Shown here: positions 5,530 through 14,672 of the stretch, piece by piece
Numbering within the stretch: the stretch's first letter is position 1
How the letters are laid out: each line of letters opens with the position of its first letter
Assembly (NCBI GenBank): GCA_049511795.1
Contig: JBEKXS010000001.1
Span: 30,001-62,000, forward strand
Direction: 5' to 3'
Length of the DNA stretch: 32,000 nucleotides
Source: Candidatus Saccharimonadota bacterium
GTDB lineage: Archaea > Nanobdellota > Nanobdellia > Pacearchaeales > GW2011-AR1
Translations under genes and position numbers: made by a program
Notes under the pieces: model-generated
What the model was told of the DNA's origin: nothing
Database searches by the model: none
What the model saw: the letters and a program-made list of their open reading frames with translations, nothing else

Positions 5530-5569
5530 TAAAGTGGGATAGTGCCTATGACACTGAGCTATGGGGGAC
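5529..5569 (-). pseudogene. tRNA-Tyr 5'-exon-like relic C
   Basis: GTCCCCCATAGCTCAGTGTCATAGGCACTATCCCACTTTAA contains a 16-nt exact match (CCCCCATAGCTCAGTG) to the 5' end of tRNA-Tyr. Similarity stops at the anticodon-loop/intron position. The D stem is not complementary. Confidence 0.55.
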
Positions 5570-5617
5570 AATTAAAAAAGAATAATTTGATTTTTAAGGT
5601 TTGTTATAGAAGAAGTT

Positions 5618-6991
5618 TTAATCTTCACTCATTGCTCTTTGCTCGGAAACGAAGAAAGCCTTGTTTGATTCTATTTCGTGTATGTTTCCTTCCCTGTCAA
5701 ATACTGCTGTTGCTGTTGGCAATTCAAACCTACCGACAACACCAACCTTTGAGTAAATTATGTATGAAAATATTCTGACTTCTCCAGGATTCATTGCGTC
5801 AATATTCCATTCTATTCTTCTGTTTCTTTCATCAACTCTTGTTGGAGCATCCCCACCAAATCTCTCATGAAGCTTTACCATCATAGGAAGTTGGTCAACA
5901 ATGTTTACTCTTTCAACATGATTTCTTGCTTGTGCAGATATTGAAACCCTGAGTGCAAATTCCCCGCCCTTTGCCCTCACGAATGAAACTCTTTTCCTAA
6001 GCACCAAGCTTGTTCCTGTGTATTTTCTCACAAGGAAGACAACCAATACAACAAGCAATACAAGTATGAATGGGAAAAGCCAGTTTGTCTTTACAGTTAT
6101 TTCAAAAGTTTCTCCAGGATTTATGTTCTTTGTCCACGTGTAGTAAACAACAAGACCTTCTCTCTGAACGATGTCTGGAGTTGGAGTAAAGCTTGTAAAT
6201 AATCTTGAGATAATATTTTTCTGTATTACTGTCTCAGAGCTTACAACAGTGTTTCCCTGGTTCTGCTTATCAATAACTTCTGTGTTTATCAGGATTCCAT
6301 AATCCTGCTTTGTTGTTGTAAGAATGTCTTTCTCTCCATATTTTATTACTCCTTCAACATCTGCAGTTTTTCCTATTGCATTTACTTGCGCATTCAATGT
6401 GTAAAATCCAGCCATTAAGCTCCTGAAATCAGCCTGATTCAACTGAACAGTGAATGTCTGCTTTTCATAAGGACTTAAAGCAACTGTTTTATCTAGATTA
6501 AAGAATGGAGATGAGAAATTAACATCCGCATTTCCAAAATCAAAATTTACAAGATTCTGTATGTATATATCAATAGACTGCGATTGTGGATCAACATTTC
6601 CTGAACCGATTTGGAAAGCGTCTTTCATGTCTATTATCTTGAATGTCGCGCTTTCATTGTCTATTGACCTGTCGCTTGCCTGTATGAAATAAGGAACAGT
6701 GTAATATCCTCTTTGGGAAATACTACCTATTGGAGTAAGTTGTAAAGTAATTTCTTTTGTCTGCCCATTTTGGATAGTTACATTATTTGGGTTCATGCTG
6801 AAGCCTGCAAGATTGTAAATCTGAAAATTATCAGAAAGCCCTAGGTTTGTTATATTCAAATCAAAAGTTACAGGCTGTCCTGAATCGGCAATAAGAACTT
6901 CATTCTGGCTGTTTTTTGCAACCTGGATGTTTATTGCGAGTATGTTTGGAAGAATAAAAATCAATGCTATCAAAAAAAACCACTTTTTCAT
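5618..6991 (-). CDS. Surface/membrane protein with beta-sandwich (CARDB/NEW3/DUF11-like) domains and one C-proximal TM helix
   Basis: Signal peptide MKKWFFLIALIFILPNILA, repeated beta-rich domains and the TM segment WLFPFILVLLVVLVVFLV. Confidence 0.6.
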   Translation of the reverse strand: MKKWFFLIALIFILPNILAINIQVAKNSQNEVLIADSGQPVTFDLNITNLGLSDNFQIYNLAGFSMNPNNVTIQNGQTKEITLQLTPIGSISQRGYYTVPYFIQASDRSIDNESATFKIIDMKDAFQIGSGNVDPQSQSIDIYIQNLVNFDFGNADVNFSSPFFNLDKTVALSPYEKQTFTVQLNQADFRSLMAGFYTLNAQVNAIGKTADVEGVIKYGEKDILTTTKQDYGILINTEVIDKQNQGNTVVSSETVIQKNIISRLFTSFTPTPDIVQREGLVVYYTWTKNINPGETFEITVKTNWLFPFILVLLVVLVVFLVRKYTGTSLVLRKRVSFVRAKGGEFALRVSISAQARNHVERVNIVDQLPMMVKLHERFGGDAPTRVDERNRRIEWNIDAMNPGEVRIFSYIIYSKVGVVGRFELPTATAVFDREGNIHEIESNKAFFVSEQRAMSED

Positions 6992-7071
6992 ACAAGAAAC
7001 ACAAATATTTTCTATTTAAAGATTTTGGTTCTGCGGATTTCTGGATTTTTTAGGAATTTTCCAAGAATTTT

Positions 7072-7575
7072 TTATTTTTTGCCTTCCAAATCCAAATATG
7101 CTTTTGCCTGGTTGAGAAATTTGTCGCAATCCTCGGAAAGTTTTACTTTGTATTCATCAACTCTTGAGCGTATAATCCATTTTTCATAGATTCCACGAAG
7201 GAATTTCTTGAATCCGCTTGTCTCAAATCTGCCTTCGTAATCTCTTATCAATGTTCCTTTAATGCTTACTTCAACACTGCCTTGGTTTGTTTTTACTTTT
7301 GCCCCGCCTTGCGTTACTTCTATTTCTTTCAGTGCTCTTACCCTGAATGACACTTTTCCCTCGAACTTGAAGTAATCTGTGTATTTCTTTGTTCCTGTCC
7401 AGTCAACGTCAATGCTTTTTACAGGGCCTTCTATTTTTTCCGAGTATTTGTCCTCAACAATATCAAAGCTTGTTTCATCCTCCAGCCAATCATAGCAGAA
7501 TTTGTAGAAATCTTTGAATGAAAAAACACCATTGTAGCTTATCTTGCTTGAAAAAATCAAATCCTTCTCTGGCAT
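7072..7575 (-). CDS. Hypothetical cytoplasmic protein, 167 aa
   Basis: Clean ORF. TATA-like TATTTAAA (7597-7604) lies 21 nt upstream of the ATG. Confidence 0.55.
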   Translation of the reverse strand: MPEKDLIFSSKISYNGVFSFKDFYKFCYDWLEDETSFDIVEDKYSEKIEGPVKSIDVDWTGTKKYTDYFKFEGKVSFRVRALKEIEVTQGGAKVKTNQGSVEVSIKGTLIRDYEGRFETSGFKKFLRGIYEKWIIRSRVDEYKVKLSEDCDKFLNQAKAYLDLEGKK

Positions 7576-7635
7576 TATAAAATAACTCAGATTTCGTTTA
7601 AATATTTAACTAAACCGACTGAAATAAAGGTTATT

Positions 7636-8295
7636 ATGCTGAACAATTTAATTTATAAGAATAAAATATGTCGTAAAAACATGAGTATAGGACATCCTCA
7701 GGACTACAGAGAGGCACCAGGACTTGTTGCATATGAGCATGCGCATGGAAAAAAAGTCGTTCTTGCAAGAGGAACTTTTGACGTAGGAGTTAATCTAGGT
7801 CATCGTGATTTTCTAAAAAGAGCAAAAGAGCTTGGGGATGTGCTTATAGTTAATGTTAACAATGACATTTGGGTTAGAGATCATAAGAAAGAAAAATATT
7901 CTATTGAAGTGCCAGTAGTGCCAGAAAGAGAAAGAGCAATGCTTGTAGCTGATCAGGAGATGGTTGATTATGTTTTTGTTCATCCTGCTCATGCAGATAT
8001 ACATCCTTCAATAGTTTTGGCAATTGAATGTTCCCCTAATGTTCCAGATGTACTTGCTAGAGAAGACAAAGACCCCCAAATAATAGAAATAGAAAAAAAA
8101 CAATTGTTTAGATCTCTTGGATATATTCCTGATATGAGGGCTTTGACAAGAAGTAGTTATAATATTAGCACATCTTCAATAATAAATGCAATAGCTGGCC
8201 GTGTGCAAACAAAGAGTGTTGAAGAAATATTAAATGAGTTGGGAATAATATACGATAAAAATCAACTTTCTAAATTATTAAAAAATAAAGATTAG
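7636..8295 (+). CDS. Cytidylyltransferase-family nucleotidyltransferase (RibL/TagD-like)
   Basis: Carries GTFDVGVNLGH (the GxFDxxHxGH motif) and a C-terminal ISTSSI motif typical of the family. The start could instead be the internal Met at 7681. Confidence 0.6.
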   Translation: MLNNLIYKNKICRKNMSIGHPQDYREAPGLVAYEHAHGKKVVLARGTFDVGVNLGHRDFLKRAKELGDVLIVNVNNDIWVRDHKKEKYSIEVPVVPERERAMLVADQEMVDYVFVHPAHADIHPSIVLAIECSPNVPDVLAREDKDPQIIEIEKKQLFRSLGYIPDMRALTRSSYNISTSSIINAIAGRVQTKSVEEILNELGIIYDKNQLSKLLKNKD

Positions 8296-8855
8296 ATAGA
8301 ATCCTTGCATGATGCGCATACAAGCATACCATGAATTCTGTAAAGCTCATCTCGGTTTCCGCATTCCTCGCATATTCCGTCAGTAACGACAGCGCTTTCC
8401 TTTAATTCATTTAATCTCTTCAATTTTTCTTCCTCTTCTCTTATTCTTGAAACTTCTTCAAGCTCTGGATAAACTTCTGGATGGAAATTTAGAATATCTT
8501 TTGCAGTTATTATTCCGATTAATTCACTGCCGTTAACAACAGGAAGCCTGTCAAACTTTGTTTTGTTCATTTTGCTTATTGCCTCCCTAAGATTTGCGTC
8601 CTGTTTTATAGTTATAATTTTCTTTGGAGAAATATCAATAGCCATTATTTTTGTTAAATCTGCGCTTGGCTTTTTTACCAATGCCCATAATATATCTCTT
8701 TGGGTTATGAATCCTTCTAGCTTTTTTTGGTTTACAATAAGAAGGCTTCCAACGCGACCCCTTGCCATTTTTTTTGCACAATCCAGCAAGTTTGCATTTG
8801 AGCTAATAGTTACAGGCTCTCTTGTCATCACGTCTGAAACAAGAATCCTTTTCAT
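8292..8855 (-). CDS. CBS-domain pair protein with C-terminal zinc ribbon
   Basis: Two CBS-like repeats (VMTREPVTIS.., ..LPVVNGSELIGIITAKDIL) and CEECGN..CASC. Confidence 0.7.
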   Translation of the reverse strand: MKRILVSDVMTREPVTISSNANLLDCAKKMARGRVGSLLIVNQKKLEGFITQRDILWALVKKPSADLTKIMAIDISPKKIITIKQDANLREAISKMNKTKFDRLPVVNGSELIGIITAKDILNFHPEVYPELEEVSRIREEEEKLKRLNELKESAVVTDGICEECGNRDELYRIHGMLVCASCKDSI

Positions 8856-8984
8856 ATTTTTTTTAGGTTGCTTTTCCTTATAAAGTTTGTGGGTTTTTAT
8901 TGTGCTTTTCCTTTTGTTTTGTCGTGATTTTTTTATTACAACAATATTTAAATAACTCGCCTGAGAGTAGGATTAAGAATAAAA

Positions 8985-10592
8985 ATGGCTGAAAAACCTG
9001 TTATGTTAATGCCTGAAGATGTGCAAAGACTTCTTGGAAAAGATGCGCAGAGAAATAATATACTTGCCGCAAGAATGGTGGCAGAAATCGTGAAGACAAC
9101 ACTTGGACCAAAGGGAATGGACAAAATGCTTGTATCGCCAACAGGAGATATAATTGTCACAAATGATGGAGTTACAATCCTTGAGGAAATGCAGATAGAG
9201 CATCCTGCTGCAAAAATGATGGTTGAAATCGCGAAAACTCAGGAGAGCGAAGTTGGCGATGGAACAACAACAGCTGTCATGATTGCAGGAAAGCTTTTGG
9301 AAAACGCAGAGAAACTTCTTGACAAAAAAATACATCCAACTGTAATAACAAAAGGATATAGGATTGCCTCTGAAAAATGCCAAGAAATACTGAAAGAAAT
9401 TGCCTTAAAAATCACGACAGATGATGAAGACATTCTAAAGCAGATTGCAATGACAGCTATGACAGGAAAAGGAGCAGAGGATTCAAGAGACTGGTTTGCA
9501 GACATAATTGTTAGAGCTGTAAAGCAGATTGAAACAAATGGAAAAGCAGACCTTAATGACATAAAAATCGAAAAATCAAAAGGCGATGGAATAAAAGATA
9601 CTGAATTAATCTCAGGAATTGTAATTGACAAATCAAGAATTTCCCAAGACATGCCCCAATCTGTAAGAGGAGCAAAGATAGCTCTTGTTGATTTCGCTCT
9701 TGAATTGAAAAATCCAGAGATAGACACAAAAATTTCAATCTCTTCCCCTGATCAACTTCAGGGATTTTTAGATCAGGAAGAAAGGGAAATCAGGGAAATG
9801 ATTGAGAAAGTAAAAATTTCAGGAGCAAATGTTATTTTTTGCCAAAAAGGAATTGATGATTTTGCGCAATATCTTTTGGCAAAGGAAAAAATCTATGCTT
9901 GCAGAAGAGTTCCAAAAAGCGACATGGAAAAGCTAGCAAAAGCAACAGGAGCAAAAATAGTGAGTAATCTAACTGAATTAAATCCCTTTGAGCTTGGAAA
10001 TGCAGACCTTGTTGAAGAAACAAAGCATGGTGAAGACACACTGACATACATAAGAGGATGCCAGAATCCAAAAGCGCTTACAATATTAATCCACGGAGGA
10101 ACAGAGCATGTTATCGACGAAATTGAAAGGGCAATTCGTGATGGTTTGGGCGACGTAGCCTGCTCTTTGCAGTCTGGCTTGGTTGTCGCAGGCGGAGGAG
10201 CTGTTGAAATAGAGCTTGCAAAAAGGCTTAGAGAATTTGGTCATAGTCTCAGCGGTAGGGAACAATTGGCAATAGACGAATTTGCATCAGCACTTGAATT
10301 TATTCCTTCAACACTTGCAGAGAATGCAGGAATGGACCCTATAGATGTTATTACAGAATTAAAATCAAAGCATGATTCAGGAGAAAGAAACGCTGGCCTG
10401 AATTTATTTACAAACAAAATAGAAAATGTTTTGGAAGCTCGCATAATAGAACCATTGAAAATAAAAACTCAGGCAATAAATTCTGCTTCAGAAGTCGCAA
10501 TGATGATTCTAAGAATTGATGATGTGATTGCTTCTTCCGGAAGATCAAGTGAAATAGGAAAAATCCAAAGAAGCCCTGATGAGATGTTCTAA
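8985..10592 (+). CDS. ths: Thermosome subunit (group II chaperonin)
   Basis: Full-length 535 aa with [20 protein letters not shown] and GGGAVE signatures. Confidence 0.95.
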   Translation: MAEKPVMLMPEDVQRLLGKDAQRNNILAARMVAEIVKTTLGPKGMDKMLVSPTGDIIVTNDGVTILEEMQIEHPAAKMMVEIAKTQESEVGDGTTTAVMIAGKLLENAEKLLDKKIHPTVITKGYRIASEKCQEILKEIALKITTDDEDILKQIAMTAMTGKGAEDSRDWFADIIVRAVKQIETNGKADLNDIKIEKSKGDGIKDTELISGIVIDKSRISQDMPQSVRGAKIALVDFALELKNPEIDTKISISSPDQLQGFLDQEEREIREMIEKVKISGANVIFCQKGIDDFAQYLLAKEKIYACRRVPKSDMEKLAKATGAKIVSNLTELNPFELGNADLVEETKHGEDTLTYIRGCQNPKALTILIHGGTEHVIDEIERAIRDGLGDVACSLQSGLVVAGGGAVEIELAKRLREFGHSLSGREQLAIDEFASALEFIPSTLAENAGMDPIDVITELKSKHDSGERNAGLNLFTNKIENVLEARIIEPLKIKTQAINSASEVAMMILRIDDVIASSGRSSEIGKIQRSPDEMF

Positions 10593-10619
10593 AGTTTTAT
10601 TTAAATCTTATTAATTAAT

Positions 10620-12218
10620 TTAGAAAAAAATAAGCAATATTAAAAGCGCAATTACTAATATTCCAATAATTATCCAGAAAAGATTCATACCCCATCCAAG
10701 CCACCTAATTAATAGGAATATTAAAAGTGCTATTAAAATAATTCCTAAAATTATAACAATTATCCAGAAAAGACTTATTCCTGTGCTTTGTGCTGCAGGA
10801 CTTTCTTCTGCAACAGCTGTTTTAGGAGCAAACTGATTTAGATATTGCTGATTCTCGAATGACAAATCTGGTGCAGCTACTGTTCCTGTTCTTGTGCCAG
10901 CTCCGCCTGCAGTGCCAGAGTTGCCATTTGGAGGTGTAATAATTGTTGTATTTACTGTGAAATTTATTACATTGCTTACTCCTGTATTTCCATTTGTATC
11001 AGTTGCGTAAAAAATAATGTTGTGATTCCCATCTGATAATGAAACACTTCCTGTGAAGTTTGTTGCTGAATTTTGCACAAGCTGTATTGATGTTGAATTG
11101 TTTCCATCAAGGACAAACCATGCTGTGCTTACATTCTCGTTTGTTGTTATGCTTAACAATACATTTGAACTATTGTATGTCTGTCCGTTTACAGGTGAAA
11201 TAACTGTTATTACAGGAGCTGTGTTATTTCCATGTGGAATTATAACAGGAACATTAGAAACTGTCAAAACATAACTTTGTGTAACAGGTGCATTGACACT
11301 ATCTGAAACACTTAATCCAACAGCATAATTTGTGTCCTGAGTTACATTTGGTGCTGTTCCTGAAATCAAGCCTGTTGATGGATTGATTGAAAGCCATGTT
11401 GGGTTTGCTGTAAGAGCATATGTTAAACTATCTCCATCTGGGTCAACTGCAATAACCTGATAATTGTACAATGTTGATTCATTAACTTGTGTAACAGGTG
11501 TTGATGTTATTGTTGGAGGTGAATTTACAGGATTGCTTGTATTTGCGTATCTTACAATCAATGGGAAAGTTTGGGTTACAAAGGATTTTCCATCTGAAAC
11601 CTGGACAGTAATCAAAAATTGGTAGTCTGTTGTAACATTTGGGGCAACACCGCTGACAAATCCTGCTGGATTCATTGAAAGCCATGTTGGTGCTTGTGTA
11701 AGCGAATATGCCAAAGCATCCCCGTCTGCATCTGTTGCAGTAACTTGGTAGGAATACAACTGGCTTGAATTAACACTTGTTTGGGGTGTTGATGTTATTA
11801 CAGGAATCTGGTTTGGGGGAATTACAGAAATTACCTGAAGATATAATCTTGCAGTAGCTGTCTGCCCGCTTGCTCCTGTAACTGTTGATTGAATAATATA
11901 ATTTCCAGGATTAAGATATGTTCCCTGGCCGAAGAAAAAATGATTTGAATAAGAACTGTCAGTTGTATAAACCTCAAGAAGATTGCTCAATCTATTTCCT
12001 GCAGAATCAAGCAAATCAACTTTTAAATATATATTATTTTCCAAAATAGAATTAGCATCAATTGTAATTCCAACATTTTGCCCGTTCATGATTTGAAGAG
12101 TGTTTGAAGTAGTTGATTCATAAAATAAAGCTGTCTGAACGCTGCTTGCGCTTACAAGCACTGCTAAGAAAACAAACATTGCTGGAATCAAAAGTAATTT
12201 TTTGTTAAGTGTGTTCAT
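10620..12218 (-). CDS. Secreted adhesin-like protein with two cadherin-like/He_PIG Ig domains and a duplicated C-terminal TM anchor
   Basis: Signal peptide. Repeated YxYQVxAxDxDGDxLxYxL..PxWLSxNP..G.xSGxAPNVT. C-terminus LFWIIVIILGIILIALLIFLLI then LFWIIIGILVIALLILLIFF. Confidence 0.65.
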   Translation of the reverse strand: MNTLNKKLLLIPAMFVFLAVLVSASSVQTALFYESTTSNTLQIMNGQNVGITIDANSILENNIYLKVDLLDSAGNRLSNLLEVYTTDSSYSNHFFFGQGTYLNPGNYIIQSTVTGASGQTATARLYLQVISVIPPNQIPVITSTPQTSVNSSQLYSYQVTATDADGDALAYSLTQAPTWLSMNPAGFVSGVAPNVTTDYQFLITVQVSDGKSFVTQTFPLIVRYANTSNPVNSPPTITSTPVTQVNESTLYNYQVIAVDPDGDSLTYALTANPTWLSINPSTGLISGTAPNVTQDTNYAVGLSVSDSVNAPVTQSYVLTVSNVPVIIPHGNNTAPVITVISPVNGQTYNSSNVLLSITTNENVSTAWFVLDGNNSTSIQLVQNSATNFTGSVSLSDGNHNIIFYATDTNGNTGVSNVINFTVNTTIITPPNGNSGTAGGAGTRTGTVAAPDLSFENQQYLNQFAPKTAVAEESPAAQSTGISLFWIIVIILGIILIALLIFLLIRWLGWGMNLFWIIIGILVIALLILLIFF

Positions 12219-12219
12219 T

Positions 12220-13308
12220 TTAGAATGTAAATCCTAATCCGGCTTTCCAGATGTTTCTTTTTCCAACTTTATTATAATTAAGGTTTAAGTTAACTCCGCT
12301 GAAATTTAATCTAGCTCCTGCGTTTAATGAAAGCAAATAGTTTGTAACATTGTTTTCTGTTGAGTGTGATATTTGGTAAGTAGAATCTCTTTGAACACCA
12401 TTTGTTTCATAACTGATTGTTTCCTGTCCGTTTTTGTCCTGCGTTCCCTTGACCATTCTTGCTCCAGCACCAACAATTAAGTCAAGCCAGTTGAAAGGCT
12501 CAACAAGAATTCTTCCACCAGCTTCTGCAATTCCTCTTTGGAATCTTGAAGTATTTATTACTGTATTAGTTGTTTTGTAAATTCCAGGGCTAAGGGATTG
12601 TCTTAAAACCTGTGTTGTGTCTGAGTGATTAAATGTATCATAAGGATTTTCCTTGACTGCAGACCAATTTCCATATCCTTCAAGCCTTAATCCCCTAAAA
12701 ACTTCCCCATTTACAAAAGCTTCCAAAGATAATTCTCTATTTGTTCCATATAATGCTGCAAGTCCTGCCTCAACACTATTTCTAGCATATCTTGATGGTC
12801 TGAATTCAGGACCTGTTGATTGTACAGGATGCGTTACAGATGTAACTGGTGCAATTGGTGCAACATATCTTGCCTTTGCAATTGAATCAGCTATTCTTGC
12901 TCTTTCTGCATAAATAGAATCAACTTTTACTTGGGCTCTTCTTACTAATTCTCTTACCAAAGAATCTGAATTTATGTGATAAGGAACTTGTCTTGTTGGA
13001 ACAACATTTCTTGATGTAGTTCTATGGGTTAATGTTTTTCTTGCATGGGTATTTCTTGTTGTTCTATGTGTTTGAGGTCTTTGTGTTTGAATTTGAGGCT
13101 GTTGTGCTTGCTGTCTTTGATATTCTGTAATTTCTGAGCATATCTGATTGATCATGTCTGCAGGGTAGTAAGGAATGAATGGATTAAGATAAAGTCCAGA
13201 TACTGGTTGAGGAAGATTTTGTGGATTCTGTGCTTTAGCTGGATTTGCAAAAGCTAAAGATGCTGCCAAAACAGCTCCAGACAACCCTAATTTACTTGTT
13301 AAACTCAT
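12220..13308 (-). CDS. Secreted protein with Q/T/R-rich linker and C-terminal beta-barrel-OMP-like domain
   Basis: Signal peptide ..AFANPAKA/Q. Alternating-hydrophobicity strands (SVEAGLAALYG, LSLEAFVNG, IAEAGGRILVEP, YLLSLNAGARLNF, VNLNLNY) are followed by a terminal ..WKAGLGFTF ending in Phe. Only 1 nt separates it from the downstream adhesin gene. Confidence 0.5.
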   Translation of the reverse strand: MSLTSKLGLSGAVLAASLAFANPAKAQNPQNLPQPVSGLYLNPFIPYYPADMINQICSEITEYQRQQAQQPQIQTQRPQTHRTTRNTHARKTLTHRTTSRNVVPTRQVPYHINSDSLVRELVRRAQVKVDSIYAERARIADSIAKARYVAPIAPVTSVTHPVQSTGPEFRPSRYARNSVEAGLAALYGTNRELSLEAFVNGEVFRGLRLEGYGNWSAVKENPYDTFNHSDTTQVLRQSLSPGIYKTTNTVINTSRFQRGIAEAGGRILVEPFNWLDLIVGAGARMVKGTQDKNGQETISYETNGVQRDSTYQISHSTENNVTNYLLSLNAGARLNFSGVNLNLNYNKVGKRNIWKAGLGFTF

Positions 13309-13394
13309 TAGTTTCTCAAGCTAAAAAGGGTATTTAAAGATTTCTGTATGTGACTATTATGTAATTACTACACTAAAAGTCTAGACATTCAGTG

Positions 13395-14381
13395 TTAAAC
13401 AAATCCTGTCTTCAAAGTTTCTTCCCATGTTTTCAATCCAAGGGCAACAAGAGCCTCGCGGAAAGTTAAAATCGGCTTTTCATATTTGTAGAAGTCATCA
13501 AGCGCAATTCTAGGACATGCGAGTTCAATAAAAGCGTCAATATTGTAAAAATTCATCACTTTATCAGGAGTCATTTCAGACATTGTTATAACAACTGCAT
13601 TTTTTCCAGCTTCCTTCAGCTTTTGAAGCAGGAATTTTGGAGAGCCGAACTTTTGTCCAGGTTTTATCTCGACAATTATCGCAACATTTTCAGCTTCCCT
13701 TAATTTTTCTATTGAAATTGCTCTTTGCTTCAGTATTTTTTCCCTAAGGCCTTTCATACTTCTCACGTCGTCATTGTAAACATCAATAAGAACAACTGGC
13801 TTTTCCAAAGCAAGAGAAGCACCCATTGAATGAAACTGATTTCCTATAATAACAAAAGCCTCGACATCTTTTTGTATTGCCTTCAATCCTTCATACTGGC
13901 AACCAACAATATGTCCTTCATAAGCAACATTTCCAACTTTTTTTGAAAGAATAACTTTTTTCCCTGCTTTTCTGTAGAAATCCAGAATATTCTTTAAATC
14001 ATGACGATGCTGAATTGAATAAGACAATCCGATTGTCTTGAATTCTTTTATTTCCTTGAGAGATTTTTTTAAAATTGGATTTAGGTCAAGAAGGTCTTTT
14101 ACTTCTATATATAATATAGGAAATTTGGAAGAAATAAATTCTGCATGACCAAAATGCACAATCAAATCACATCCAAGCGCTTGTGCTTCCTGAACAGCAA
14201 TTGAGCAAGCTCCCCAGCATGTTTCTCCTGAGAAAATAACTTCAATTCCAAGAGGCTCAATCCAGTTTGATATTTCAGGCGCATGCTTTTTTATTCCCTC
14301 TGCCAGCTGAACCAAAACTCTTTTCGGTTTTCTTTTCTTCAGTTCTTTCAATAATTTTTCCTTTTCAAAATCAAGTGCCAT
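13395..14381 (-). CDS. dph2: Diphthamide synthesis radical-SAM enzyme Dph2
   Basis: Full-length similarity pattern to archaeal Dph2 (..RVLVQLAEGIK.., GETCWGAC.., DLIVHFGHA..). Confidence 0.85.
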   Translation of the reverse strand: MALDFEKEKLLKELKKRKPKRVLVQLAEGIKKHAPEISNWIEPLGIEVIFSGETCWGACSIAVQEAQALGCDLIVHFGHAEFISSKFPILYIEVKDLLDLNPILKKSLKEIKEFKTIGLSYSIQHRHDLKNILDFYRKAGKKVILSKKVGNVAYEGHIVGCQYEGLKAIQKDVEAFVIIGNQFHSMGASLALEKPVVLIDVYNDDVRSMKGLREKILKQRAISIEKLREAENVAIIVEIKPGQKFGSPKFLLQKLKEAGKNAVVITMSEMTPDKVMNFYNIDAFIELACPRIALDDFYKYEKPILTFREALVALGLKTWEETLKTGFV

Positions 14382-14389
14382 TTTTTATT

Positions 14390-14650
14390 TTAAACTACTA
14401 TTTCAACTTCGCCCGAAATTATTTTGCATTGGCATGCAAGCCTGTGCTTTTTGTCTCTTTTCAAATCATTTTCCTCTTTTGTCAATGGAGAAAGATTTTC
14501 TTCTCCTTTAACAATATCAATCATGCATGTGCCGCAAACTCCATTTTTGCAGTTGAATTCAACGCCGAGAATTTCAGCTACGTTTCTAATATTTTCACCA
14601 TCTTTCACTTCTTTTGCCTTCCCTGTTTTAGAATTTTTTAACGTTGCCAT
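14390..14650 (-). CDS. Small 2Fe-2S ferredoxin-like protein (86 aa)
   Basis: CKNGVCGTC (Cx4Cx2C) plus a distal LACQC. The start is taken at MATLKN (14650) so it does not overlap the TrxR-like gene. 8 nt separate its stop from the dph2 ATG. Confidence 0.7.
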   Translation of the reverse strand: MATLKNSKTGKAKEVKDGENIRNVAEILGVEFNCKNGVCGTCMIDIVKGEENLSPLTKEENDLKRDKKHRLACQCKIISGEVEIVV

Positions 14651-14672
14651 TTTATTTTTCTGAGAACTATAC

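Noticed and set aside
4777-5569. Relics A and C as functional split-tRNA 5' halves (Nanoarchaeum-style). Both end near position 37/38 and have TATA-like boxes about 21 nt upstream.
   Set aside because: D-stem 3' strands are not complementary (GCTC is not matched by GAGC). The anticodon-stem 5' strand TCCCA has no TGGGA partner in any 3' relic. The acceptor of A is AT-rich, and no intact 3' half is present in the window. TATA-like boxes are frequent in this AT-rich DNA. They are treated as pseudogene relics.
688-5569. The cassette array as an archaeal integron with attC sites (co-oriented cassettes followed by hairpins; a GTTAAAT at the 756 stop fits GTTRRRY).
   Set aside because: No IntI-like tyrosine recombinase or attI is present. 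Most cassettes have their own promoter. The hairpins lack the R''-L''/L'-R' architecture, and the single GTTRRRY match is expected by chance in AT-rich sequence.
5542-5778. 78-aa plus-strand ORF from the track.
   Set aside because: It is antisense to the 3' end of the 457-aa surface protein gene and to relic C. It has low-complexity Leu/Arg-rich content, typical of a shadow ORF.
8563-8883. 106-aa plus-strand ORF.
   Set aside because: It is antisense within the CBS-domain gene, with a hydrophobic shadow-frame composition.
9006-10444. Several minus-strand ORFs (9006-9383, 9239-9727, 9553-9738, 9832-10071, 10241-10444).
   Set aside because: All lie antisense inside the clearly real thermosome gene and have hydrophobic or low-complexity shadow-frame composition.
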